Source of the DNA: Elusimicrobia bacterium GWB2_63_16
GTDB taxonomy: Bacteria; Elusimicrobiota; Elusimicrobia; Elusimicrobiales; UBA9959
Assembly: GCA_001799715.1 (NCBI GenBank)
Contig: MGTZ01000038.1
Location: 11,558 to 75,557 of the forward strand
DNA: 64,000 nt
Direction: 5' to 3'
Below are positions 9,172 through 17,667 of the stretch, piece by piece. A program made the position numbers and the translations under genes. How positions within the stretch are numbered: the first letter of the stretch is position 1; each line of letters begins with the position of its first letter. Under the pieces are notes generated by a model. It was not told the DNA's origin. It was given only the letters and a program-made list of their open reading frames with translations, and searched no databases.

Positions 9172-10437
9172 ATGACGCAACTCCAGTCAGCCCGCAAGGG
9201 CGCACTCACACCTGAAATAGTACAAGCCGCCGCGCGCGAGGGCGCCGAGGCAGGCCTGTTGCTGAAAGAAGTAGCCGCCGGCCGGGCAGTGGTGCCGGCC
9301 AACATCAACCATAAAAACCTGTTCCCCGCCGCCATAGGCCGCGCCTTCAACTGCAAGATCAACGTGAACCTGGGCACCTCCGGCCTGGACTCGGGGCTGA
9401 AGCAGGAACTTAAGAAGCTCGCGCTCGCGGCCGAGCTGGGCGCCGACGCCGTGATGGACCTGTCCACCGGCGGCGACCTGCCGAAGATAAGGAAAGAGAT
9501 CATAAAGCGCAGCCCCATGCCGGTGGGCACGGTGCCGATGTACGACGCCCTGAAACGCGCCGGCGGGGTAAAGCGCCTGACGCCGGAACTGCTGCTGGAG
9601 GTAATAGAAGAGCACGCCGAGGCGGGCGTGGACTTCATGACGGTGCACGCCGGGCTGCTGCGCCGGCATCTGCCGCTGGTTAGGGGCCGCACCACCGGCA
9701 TAGTGTCGCGCGGCGGGGCGGCGCTGGCGCGCTGGATGGAGCTCAATAAAGCCGAGAACCCGCTCTACGAGCGCTTCGGCGACCTCTGCGCCATCTTCCG
9801 TAAATACGACGTTACCTTCAGCCTGGGCGATGGGCTGAGGCCCGGGTCGCTCGCCGACGCGTGCGACGCAGCGCAGTTCGCCGAACTGGACGTTCTCGGC
9901 AAGCTCGTAAAAAGGTCACGCGCCGCGGGCGTGCAGGTGATGGTGGAAGGCCCCGGCCACGTGCCTCTGGACAAGGTGTTCATGAACGTAGAGCGCGCGC
10001 ACAAGGTCTGCCATGGCGCGCCGTTCTATGTACTGGGCCCGCTCGTCACCGACATCGCCGCCGGTTATGATCACATCAACTCCGCCATAGGCGGGGCGTT
10101 GGCCGCCTGGGCGGGGGCGTCTTTCCTCTGCTATGTCACCCCCAAAGAGCACCTGGGCCTGCCGGGGCTGGAGGACGTGCGGCAGGGAATAATAGCGTCC
10201 AAGATAGCCGCCCATGCGGCCGACATCGCCCGCGGCCGGCCCGGCGCCATAGAGCGAGACCATGCCATGTCCAAGGCCCGCTACGCCTTCGACTGGGAAA
10301 AACAATTCTCGCTGTCGCTGGACCCGCGGCGGGCGCGCTGCTACCGCGGCGACGGCCAGAAGAAAAAGTTCTGCAACATGTGCGGCCCCGATTTCTGCTC
10401 CATGCGCCAGTCGCGCAAGCTGAAGGTGAAAGCATGA
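9172..10437 (+). CDS. thiC: phosphomethylpyrimidine synthase ThiC (short form)
   Basis: 421 aa, radical-SAM ThiC. NINHKN, DLSTGG, VPMY, FMTVHAG, VSRGG, GPGHVP, C-terminal [11 protein letters not shown] cluster. Confidence 0.95.
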   Translation: MTQLQSARKGALTPEIVQAAAREGAEAGLLLKEVAAGRAVVPANINHKNLFPAAIGRAFNCKINVNLGTSGLDSGLKQELKKLALAAELGADAVMDLSTGGDLPKIRKEIIKRSPMPVGTVPMYDALKRAGGVKRLTPELLLEVIEEHAEAGVDFMTVHAGLLRRHLPLVRGRTTGIVSRGGAALARWMELNKAENPLYERFGDLCAIFRKYDVTFSLGDGLRPGSLADACDAAQFAELDVLGKLVKRSRAAGVQVMVEGPGHVPLDKVFMNVERAHKVCHGAPFYVLGPLVTDIAAGYDHINSAIGGALAAWAGASFLCYVTPKEHLGLPGLEDVRQGIIASKIAAHAADIARGRPGAIERDHAMSKARYAFDWEKQFSLSLDPRRARCYRGDGQKKKFCNMCGPDFCSMRQSRKLKVKA

Positions 10438-11234
10438 CGGCCCGCGCGCTTACCATAGCGGGCTCGGACCCCGGCGGCGGGGCCGGCGCGCAGGCGGACC
10501 TTAAGACCTTCAGCGCCTTCAGGGTCTACGGCATGTCGGCGCTGACCGCCGTCACCGTGCAGAACACCCTGGGGGTGCGCGGCGTGATGGCCGTGCCGCC
10601 GCAGGTGGTGGCGGAACAGATAGACGCGGTGCTGGAGGACATAGGGGCTGGCGCCGTTAAGACCGGCATGCTGGGTTCGGCCCCGGTCATAAAAGCTATC
10701 GCCTCCCGCCTCAAGGCGCACCGGGTGAAGAATTTGGTAGTGGACCCGGTGATGTACGCCAAGAGCGGCCACGCCCTGCTGGCCCCGGCGGCCGCCGGGA
10801 CGCTGATAAGGGAACTGCTGCCGCTGGCGCTGTTGGTCACCCCCAATGCGCCGGAGGCAGAGCGGCTTTCCGGCCTGAAAGTGCGCGACCTGGCCGGCGC
10901 TAAAAAAGCAGCCAGGGCCATACGAGCCATGGGCCCGCGTTATGTACTGGTGAAGGGCGGCCACCTGCCCGGGCCGGTCTGCGAGGACCTGCTCTACGAC
11001 GGGCGCGGCTTCACGGCGTTCCGTTCCCCCCGCGTGCATACCCGCAACACGCACGGCACAGGCTGCACCCTGTCGGCCGCCATAGCCTCGGGGCTGGCGC
11101 TGGGCCTGCCCCCGCGACAGGCCGTCGCGGAGGCGGTGGCCTATGTGGCCGGCGCCATAAGGCACGCGCTGCCGCTCGGCGGCGGCCACGGCCCGCTGAA
11201 CCACCACTGGAGGACGCATGCGGAAACTGCCTAG
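10434..11234 (+). CDS. thiD: hydroxymethylpyrimidine/phosphomethylpyrimidine kinase ThiD
   Basis: ATG at 10434 overlaps the thiC stop (ATGA). [47 protein letters not shown]. Confidence 0.9.
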   Translation: MTARALTIAGSDPGGGAGAQADLKTFSAFRVYGMSALTAVTVQNTLGVRGVMAVPPQVVAEQIDAVLEDIGAGAVKTGMLGSAPVIKAIASRLKAHRVKNLVVDPVMYAKSGHALLAPAAAGTLIRELLPLALLVTPNAPEAERLSGLKVRDLAGAKKAARAIRAMGPRYVLVKGGHLPGPVCEDLLYDGRGFTAFRSPRVHTRNTHGTGCTLSAAIASGLALGLPPRQAVAEAVAYVAGAIRHALPLGGGHGPLNHHWRTHAETA

Positions 11235-11841
11235 CGGCCTCTATGTGATCACCGACGAGAAGCTGCTGCGCAGGAAGGACTTCTTGCGCAAGGTGGCCGA
11301 AGCCGCGGCGGCCGGTGCGGGCATCATACAGCTGCGCGAGAAAGCCAGCCGCCTGCGCGACCGGCTGGAGATCGCGCGGGCGGCGGTGAGGGCCGCGCAT
11401 GCCCACGGCGCCAGGCTCGTCATCAACGACGACCCGCGCCTGGCCGCGGAGATAGGCGCCGACGGCGTGCATATAGGCAAGGACGACGCCGGTGTGGAGG
11501 AGGCCCGCGAACTGCTAGGGCGGAGGGCCCTCATAGGCGTGAGCTGCTACGGCGACATAGACCTGGCCGTCCGGGTGCAGCGGGCCGGCGCGGACTATGT
11601 CTCTTTCGGCGCCTGCTTCAAGTCCCCCACCAAGCCGAAAGAGGCGCTGGTGCCGCTCTCGGTCTTCGGGGAGGCGCGGCGGCGGCTGAAGGTGCCGCTG
11701 GTGGCCATAGGCGGCATCACGGCCGCCAACGCGCCGTCGGTATACGCCGCCGGGGCCGACCTGGTCTCGGTGGTAAGCTCGGTGTTCGCGCGCGGCCGCG
11801 TGGCCGCCGCGGTGAAAGAATTCGAAAGGAGAACAAAATGA
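11218..11841 (+). CDS. thiE: thiamine-phosphate synthase ThiE
   Basis: 207 aa. LYVITD, IQLREK, LVINDD, GVHIG, GVSCY, ADYVSFG, AIGGI. Confidence 0.9.
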   Translation: MRKLPSGLYVITDEKLLRRKDFLRKVAEAAAAGAGIIQLREKASRLRDRLEIARAAVRAAHAHGARLVINDDPRLAAEIGADGVHIGKDDAGVEEARELLGRRALIGVSCYGDIDLAVRVQRAGADYVSFGACFKSPTKPKEALVPLSVFGEARRRLKVPLVAIGGITAANAPSVYAAGADLVSVVSSVFARGRVAAAVKEFERRTK

Positions 11842-12914
11842 CGACTACAGCAGAACTTCCCCTCGGCAAGATCGACCCCGCCGTGTTCGACGGCCTCATC
11901 TACCCGCGCCTCGGCGCGCCGTCACCGGACATCCTGGCCGGGCCCATGCACGGCGTGGACTGCGGCGTGGTGCGCGTGGCGCCGGGCCGGGTGCTGGCCA
12001 TGACGGCCGACCCGTTCTTCATAGTGCCGGAATACGGCTGGGAGCGGGCGGCCTGGTTCGCCTTCCATATCCTGGCCTCGGACATCACTACCACGGGCCT
12101 GCGGCCCTCGCATTTGGCCGTGGACCTTAACCTCCCCCTCTCCATAAAGAGAGAGGAGCTGGAACTCATGTGGGAGACCGTGCACCGCGAATGCCTGAAG
12201 TACGGCGTCAGCGTGGTGACCGGCCACACCGCCCGCTACGCCGGCTGCAATTACCCCATGGTGGGCGGCGCGGTGATGACGGCCCTCGGCGACGAGGACA
12301 AATACGTGACGACGAAGATGGCGAGGCCCGGCGACCGGGTGATAGTGACCAAGGGCGCCGCCATAGAGACCTGCGGCCTGTTCGCCGCGGCCTGCCCGCG
12401 GCTGGTGGAAGCGGAACTGGGCGCCGCCGCGCTGCGCGACCTGGAGAAGATGTTCTACCGGATGAGCACCGTGGAGGACGCGCTGACCGCCGCGGACGGC
12501 AACGCCCGCGCCGCCGGCGTGACCTCCATGCACGACGCCACCGAGTGCGGCATCTGGGGCGGGCTCTACGAGATAGCCCGGGCCTCCGGCACCGGCATGG
12601 CCGTGGACCGGGACGCGATAATGATCGAGCACGCCGCGGCGCGGCTCTGCGAGCGTTTCGGCATGGACCCCTACTCGGCCATCAGCGAAGGCACGCTGAT
12701 CATAACGGCCAAGCCGGGCGCGGTGCCCGCGCTGCTCTCGCGCCTGGCCGCCAGGAACATAGCCGCCGCCGTGATCGGGGAGGTTACGGACAAGTCGCGC
12801 GGCATAAAGGTCACGGAGGCCGGCCGGCAGCGGGACCTGCCGCACCCGGTAAACGATCCGTTCTGGCCCGCCTTCGCCGCGGCGATGGAGAGGGAGAGGG
12901 GGCTGAGGGCGTAA
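11838..12914 (+). CDS. AIR-synthase-related (PurM/HypE/ThiL superfamily) protein, last gene of the riboswitch-controlled thi operon
   Basis: 358 aa. 4-nt overlap with thiE. GVDCGVVRV N-domain motif, SMHDATECGIWGGLYEIA...GMAVD C-domain motif. Confidence 0.75.
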   Translation: MTTTAELPLGKIDPAVFDGLIYPRLGAPSPDILAGPMHGVDCGVVRVAPGRVLAMTADPFFIVPEYGWERAAWFAFHILASDITTTGLRPSHLAVDLNLPLSIKREELELMWETVHRECLKYGVSVVTGHTARYAGCNYPMVGGAVMTALGDEDKYVTTKMARPGDRVIVTKGAAIETCGLFAAACPRLVEAELGAAALRDLEKMFYRMSTVEDALTAADGNARAAGVTSMHDATECGIWGGLYEIARASGTGMAVDRDAIMIEHAAARLCERFGMDPYSAISEGTLIITAKPGAVPALLSRLAARNIAAAVIGEVTDKSRGIKVTEAGRQRDLPHPVNDPFWPAFAAAMERERGLRA

Positions 12915-12946
12915 AAGAAAAAGCCCCGCCGGAGCGGGGCTTTTTC
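12914..12946. terminator. bidirectional intrinsic terminator between the convergent thi operon and the cyclase gene
   Basis: A-run, GCCCCGC / GCGGGGC stem with CGGA loop, then T5. Confidence 0.75.
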
Positions 12947-12958
12947 ACGCCCGGCGGC

Positions 12959-13564
12959 CTAGCGGTATTTCACCTTGTAAACGTCGAAGCTGGCGCCGCC
13001 TATGGTCACGTGCTTGGAATAGTCGGTGCGGAACTTCTTCTTCAGCATCTCGTTGACCTGGCCGGTGACCAGCAGGTCGTCCTTGCCGGCTATGTCCTCG
13101 CCCAGTTTGAAAGAGACGTTCACGGCAGGGCCGTAGGCGTCGTCGGCGAAGCGCAGCAGGCTGCCGTGGTGCACGCCCACGCAGATATTGTATTTCTTGT
13201 GCTCCGGCAGGCCCACGTTGCGCTTCTTGAGCCAGCGGTGCATGTCTATGCCGCAGGCTACGGCCTTGACCGGCTCGGGGAAGATCAGCATCAGGTTGTC
13301 GGCCTTGTCGGAAAGGGTTATGCCGCCGTGGCGGGCCACTATCCTCTCCAGCCCGTCGTGGCACTTGGTCATGTTGTCCATGAACTCTATGATGCCGTGC
13401 TCGTGCGTCTTCCTGGAGAAACCGGAGGAGTCGCAGGACACCACGGTCAGCTCGGCGGCGCAGGCCTTGTGGATGCGCGCGTCCACGGCCGCGGCGTTGC
13501 GCGCGTTGCGGATGCGCATCAAGTCGAAGAATTTCTTAGTGGTCATCGAAGATTTTTTCTTCAT
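12959..13564 (-). CDS. stand-alone class III nucleotidyl (adenylate/guanylate-type) cyclase domain protein
   Basis: 201 aa from MKKKSSM, the in-frame 3' half of the 12959..14194 ORF. VVSCDSSGFS and KADNLMLIF (metal Asp positions), VGVHHGSLL...DDAYGPAVNVSFKLGE. No sensor or TM domain. Confidence 0.7.
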   Translation of the reverse strand: MKKKSSMTTKKFFDLMRIRNARNAAAVDARIHKACAAELTVVSCDSSGFSRKTHEHGIIEFMDNMTKCHDGLERIVARHGGITLSDKADNLMLIFPEPVKAVACGIDMHRWLKKRNVGLPEHKKYNICVGVHHGSLLRFADDAYGPAVNVSFKLGEDIAGKDDLLVTGQVNEMLKKKFRTDYSKHVTIGGASFDVYKVKYR

Positions 13565-13610
13565 AGCAGAAGTATACAAAAACGGCCGCGGAGTTTTAAG
13601 TCCCGGCAAA

Positions 13611-13640
13611 AGAAAAAGCCCGCGGCGGGCGGGCTTTTTC
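13611..13640 (-). terminator. intrinsic terminator downstream of the PLD-family gene
   Basis: A5 / GCCCGC-GCGGGC stem / T5, symmetric. A T-run follows the stem on the minus strand. Confidence 0.6.
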
Positions 13641-13656
13641 GCTTTACGGGGCCGGC

Positions 13657-15354
13657 TTACAGCTGGTTGAACATCAGTTTGTGTATCAGGCCCTTGATCG
13701 GCATGGCCGGGATCTGCAGGTCTTTCACCTTCCTGGCGTGCTTGGCGGCCGCTATGTCGCCGCGGAAGGCGGCGTCCAGCTCGCCCACGGCCTGCCTGTC
13801 GGAGAAGTTCACGGCTATCTCCATGACGTAGCGGATGGAGCGGGGCTGCAGGTTGAAGGAGCCTATGGTGCCGTAGGCGCCGTCCACCGTCATGAACTTG
13901 GAGTGCAGGCGCCGGCTCAGGCCGCCCTCTTTCAGGTACACGTTCACGCCGGCCTTCATCAGGTCGGGGAACTCGCCCAGTATCATCGCGCCCATGATCT
14001 TGTCGCCTATGGTCTCGAGCGAGTTCGACAGGATATTCACTTCCACGCCGCGGGCCCTGGCGTCCAGGAGGGCCTGCTTCACGGAGGGCATCATCACGAA
14101 GATGGCGTTCTCTATGTTGATGCGCTCCTTGGCACCGTACATGGCCCGCAGCATCGACAGCAGGATGTAAGGGTCGTTGCCGGGGGTGTTCCACACTATG
14201 GAGGCGTCGGCTGAACCGGCCGGGGCGGCGTCATAGGCGGAGGCGTCGGCGCGCAGCGCCAGGCCGTCCTCGGCGGCCTGGGCGTTCCAGGCCTGGGCGA
14301 AGAAGCGCATGGCGTCCTTCAGGGCGGGGCCCTGCACCAGCACGTCGGTGTCGCGCCAGATCTCGTCGCCGGCCATGTGGGAATACTCGTTGCCGATGTT
14401 CATGCCGCCCAGGATGGCGTACTTGCCGTCGGTGATCAGGATCTTGGAATGGAACTCATGGTAATTCTTGGAGCGGGGCTGGTAGCGCAGCACCGGGATG
14501 CCGGCCTTTTCCATCTTGCCCAGCACGCCCTTGTCGTAGAGGCCGGCGGTGTCCTTGTCTATCATCAGGCGCACGTCCAGGCCCTCGCGCTTCTTCTGTA
14601 TCAGCAGGTCGGCCGTGTGGTGGCCGGTCTCGTCGTCATAGAAAGCCCAGGTGGTCAGGTACACGCTGCGCCTGGCGGCGCGGATCAGTTCGGCGCGTTT
14701 GCCGAAGGAGGCGGGGCCGTTGATCAGGGGTTTAATAAGGTTGCCGGAAGAGAAGGGGGTCTGCTGCACGGCCGCCACGCCGGCGAGGAAGGCCTGGCCA
14801 GCGGAAACGGGGGCGCCGGGCCTGGTCAGAGCCAGGTGGCGCGCGGTCAGGGCGTCCCAGCCCTCTATCGGGGCTATGCCGGCCACGTGGCCGTTGGATT
14901 CGAGTTCGGCGCCCACGTACATGGAGAACATGCGGGCCGCTTCCTCGGGGGGCATCTTGGCCCCGGCGGGGAAAAAGCGTTCCAGGCGCGGGTCGCTGAG
15001 CACGGCCACTATGACCGGCTCCAGCACTCCCTCAGAGTAGGCCTGACCCAGTTCCTTCACTATGGCGTCGTCCACGCGGGAAGGGTGGTTCCAGTTGGAG
15101 GTCACCTGTTTTACCAGGCGCTCCTTGAAAGCGTTCACGAGCAGGGTTTTGTCCTCTTTAGGCAGCTGCACGGCGGATGGGGCGGAGGCGGCGGGCGCCG
15201 CGCGCAAATTGTCGGAGCCGGCGTAGCCGCCGAGCTGGCCCATGGCTTGCTGGCCGTAGCTGAGGTCCGCGAAACAGGCGAGGAAAATGGCGAAGATGGT
15301 TATGAAGATGGCGTTGAAGATCTTGAGCTCGTAAACGAGGGTTTTATGTACCAT
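13657..15354 (-). CDS. phospholipase D / cardiolipin-synthase-like protein with N-terminal TM anchor
   Basis: 565 aa. Two HKD motifs (HSKILITDGKYAILGGMN and HSKFMTVDGAYGTIGSFN). N-terminal hydrophobic helix, then an approximately 200-aa domain of unknown type. Confidence 0.85.
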   Translation of the reverse strand: MVHKTLVYELKIFNAIFITIFAIFLACFADLSYGQQAMGQLGGYAGSDNLRAAPAASAPSAVQLPKEDKTLLVNAFKERLVKQVTSNWNHPSRVDDAIVKELGQAYSEGVLEPVIVAVLSDPRLERFFPAGAKMPPEEAARMFSMYVGAELESNGHVAGIAPIEGWDALTARHLALTRPGAPVSAGQAFLAGVAAVQQTPFSSGNLIKPLINGPASFGKRAELIRAARRSVYLTTWAFYDDETGHHTADLLIQKKREGLDVRLMIDKDTAGLYDKGVLGKMEKAGIPVLRYQPRSKNYHEFHSKILITDGKYAILGGMNIGNEYSHMAGDEIWRDTDVLVQGPALKDAMRFFAQAWNAQAAEDGLALRADASAYDAAPAGSADASIVWNTPGNDPYILLSMLRAMYGAKERINIENAIFVMMPSVKQALLDARARGVEVNILSNSLETIGDKIMGAMILGEFPDLMKAGVNVYLKEGGLSRRLHSKFMTVDGAYGTIGSFNLQPRSIRYVMEIAVNFSDRQAVGELDAAFRGDIAAAKHARKVKDLQIPAMPIKGLIHKLMFNQL

Positions 15355-15450
15355 GCCTATAGTCTAGCGCGCGGGGCGCAAGTCTAAAAGGGCCAATGGG
15401 ACCCTAAAGATCAATTAAAGGGCCTACCCCCGGGGACAAAGGGCCCAGGG

Positions 15451-16167
15451 TCACTCTTCCTGGCGGGAGAGATAGCGGCTGTAATTGCGGGCAGTTTTGA
15501 GGGCTGTCTTCAGCAGGCCGCGGCGGGAATACCTGGGCTCGCAGTCGTCCACTTTCTCTATCACGCAGAGGCCGTTGCCTATGCCTTCGAGCATGATTGG
15601 GTCTATGGCGTCGCCGTAACTGTCGAGCCAGGCGCGCACGTACTCCTTCTCCATGTCGGCGCGGTTGGCGTCGTCCAGCACCAGATAGCCGCCGGGGGCT
15701 ACGGCCGCGAAAGCGTCGTAGAAGACCGACTCGCGGCCATAGTCGTGGTGCGGCGCGTCTATCAGCACCAGGTCGAAAGGACCGAGGGCCTCCAGCAGGC
15801 CTTTGGGCAAAGTATAGCCCAGCAGCAGCCGCGGGCCGTACAGCTTCAGCTTCAGCGGGGCGGTGCGGAATTCCACCTTGGCCGGGCACTCGGAGGTTTC
15901 GAAGGCCTCGCGGGCCAGCCCGGTGTATTTCGCCGAGTCGTCCACGGAGAGCAGGTAATTGCCCTCCTGCGTGGCTATTTCCCTGGCCATCATCAGCGTA
16001 GAGAAGCCGGAGCCGAATTCCAGCACCCGTTTGGCGCCCAGGGCGCGGGTAAAGGCGGCCAGGAAACGGCAGGAGGTGGGGTCCATGGCCCAGGAACCCG
16101 GGTGTTCGAACCTGGAGACGCTGACTTTGTCCATTTCCGCCACTGCGGCAGCTATGTAAGGGTTCAT
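15451..16167 (-). CDS. class I SAM-dependent methyltransferase
   Basis: 238 aa. VLEFGSGFST glycine-rich SAM loop, LVLIDAPH, YLVLDD. Confidence 0.8.
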   Translation of the reverse strand: MNPYIAAAVAEMDKVSVSRFEHPGSWAMDPTSCRFLAAFTRALGAKRVLEFGSGFSTLMMAREIATQEGNYLLSVDDSAKYTGLAREAFETSECPAKVEFRTAPLKLKLYGPRLLLGYTLPKGLLEALGPFDLVLIDAPHHDYGRESVFYDAFAAVAPGGYLVLDDANRADMEKEYVRAWLDSYGDAIDPIMLEGIGNGLCVIEKVDDCEPRYSRRGLLKTALKTARNYSRYLSRQEE

Positions 16168-16171
16168 AATT

Positions 16172-16846
16172 TTATATCCATTCCGCGGAACGCGGCCCGC
16201 AGTTCAGCAGCAGGTCCAGCGCGCTCATATCCGGTTCGAAACCGGGGAAAGCCTGCGTGTATTCCCGCGGCTTGAAATCCTGCCAGGCCAGCTTTATCCC
16301 CGCGTAACTGAAAACTCCGGGGTCCAGGTAGGCCTTGGCCCCGGCGCCGGACAGGTATTCACTCGCTCCGGCCGCGGCGCAGAGCCGCGCCAGGCGGGCG
16401 CTGGAGGCTTCCTCCACCTTGAACTCCGACGAAAATCGCACCGGAGTCGCGATCTTGAAGCCGTCCTTCAGGAAATCCATGGTAGCCATGGCCAGGTCGG
16501 ACAGCAACCGGTAATCGCGCGAATAGAGTTCTTCCAGCGCCGGCAGGTGCTCCTTAAAAAAAGGCGCGCGCGCGTAATTCAGCTTTATGGCCTGCAGGTG
16601 GTCCGCCGCCCAGTCGCTCGTGGCTTCCAATTCCACCTCGTTGATCTTCTGGGAGAAGCGCCCCTTGGAGATCACGGGGGCCGTCAGGTACTGCCAGCCG
16701 CGCGGCGTGCGGATGCGGTTGCGGTTCTGGAACTCGCGTTTCTCGTACTGCACGTCGTCGAGATAAATGAAAAGATCGGCCTGCCGCATCTTCGCGAAGA
16801 AGCGGAGCCCGGGCCAGTACTGCAGTTGATGTATGGCTGCTATCAT
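16172..16846 (-). CDS. WbqC-family protein
   Basis: Start trimmed to MIAAIHQLQYWPG (ATGA overlap with the upstream gene stop at 16843). YLDDVQYEKREFQNRNRIRT is the typical WbqC N-terminus. Confidence 0.8.
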   Translation of the reverse strand: MIAAIHQLQYWPGLRFFAKMRQADLFIYLDDVQYEKREFQNRNRIRTPRGWQYLTAPVISKGRFSQKINEVELEATSDWAADHLQAIKLNYARAPFFKEHLPALEELYSRDYRLLSDLAMATMDFLKDGFKIATPVRFSSEFKVEEASSARLARLCAAAGASEYLSGAGAKAYLDPGVFSYAGIKLAWQDFKPREYTQAFPGFEPDMSALDLLLNCGPRSAEWI

Positions 16847-17667
16847 TTGCGCGCCGTCACTATCAGCGAGGAACCGGCGTAGACGCGCCCGGAACTTAAG
16901 AACCAAAGCGCCTGCGCCAGGTTATAGTATAGAAATTTAAGGAGGCCCGTAGAAAAACCACCCAGACGGCCGCCGGTGCGGTACGGGTCGCCGGAGGTGG
17001 GCGGGGAGTTGCTTATCCGCACCTCCCGGAACCCGGCGCCCTCCAGCAGCGCGCGCAGGCTGCGCGGCGTAAAATTGAAGTCGTGCAGTACAGCCGGCCT
17101 CAGGCCAAGAAACTTAAAGAGTCCGCCCCGCTGCAGCCGCAGCAGCGCCAGATGGAAGCCGGCGTTGAATTCTCGCATGTAAACGGCGCCGCCAGGTTTG
17201 AGGAGCCTGAATATTTCAGCCGCGGCCGCGGCCGGCGCGGCCATCTGGCTGAAAACCTCGAACGCCGTCACGGCCTCGCAGGCGCCGCCGTCCAGCCCGC
17301 ACTCCTCCACAGGCCGGCGGTGCACGGCGCAGCCGCTTCCCGCGGCGAGGTCCGCCAGGCGGGCGTCTATCTCTACGCCCTCACCCCGCCAGCCCCGCGC
17401 GGCCGCGGCCCGCAGCAGTTCGCCGCCGGCGCAGCCCAGGTCCAGCAGCCTGCCCCGTCCCGGCAGCGCGGAGTCCAGCCAGTCCAGGGCCGTCTTAAAC
17501 AGTTTTGTCTTGGCCGAAACATAAATATCCTGCTCCAGGCCGGGGGCATAAACCGGTACCGGCATATGCTTCTCGGTGGAATAGGTCAGGCCGCAATCGG
17601 CGCAGGTCAGCAGGCCGGGCAGTGCCGCGGCGGCGGTCTTTCCGCCGCATACCGGGCAAGCGCTCAT
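16843..17667 (-). CDS. SAM-dependent methyltransferase with N-terminal CxxC...CxxC zinc ribbon
   Basis: Start at MSACPVCGG (ATGA overlap with the stop of the 974-aa gene). LLDLGCAGG SAM motif. Confidence 0.8.
   Translation of the reverse strand: MSACPVCGGKTAAAALPGLLTCADCGLTYSTEKHMPVPVYAPGLEQDIYVSAKTKLFKTALDWLDSALPGRGRLLDLGCAGGELLRAAAARGWRGEGVEIDARLADLAAGSGCAVHRRPVEECGLDGGACEAVTAFEVFSQMAAPAAAAAEIFRLLKPGGAVYMREFNAGFHLALLRLQRGGLFKFLGLRPAVLHDFNFTPRSLRALLEGAGFREVRISNSPPTSGDPYRTGGRLGGFSTGLLKFLYYNLAQALWFLSSGRVYAGSSLIVTARK

Noticed and set aside
7849-9180. 443-aa minus-strand ORF
   Set aside because: Antisense to the 7732..8925 gene and running through a terminator and the TPP riboswitch. G/A/V/R-rich shadow translation.
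12170-13831. 553-aa plus-strand ORF
   Set aside because: An alternate frame of the PurM-like gene that then runs antisense through a terminator and the cyclase gene. R/G/D-rich nonsense composition.
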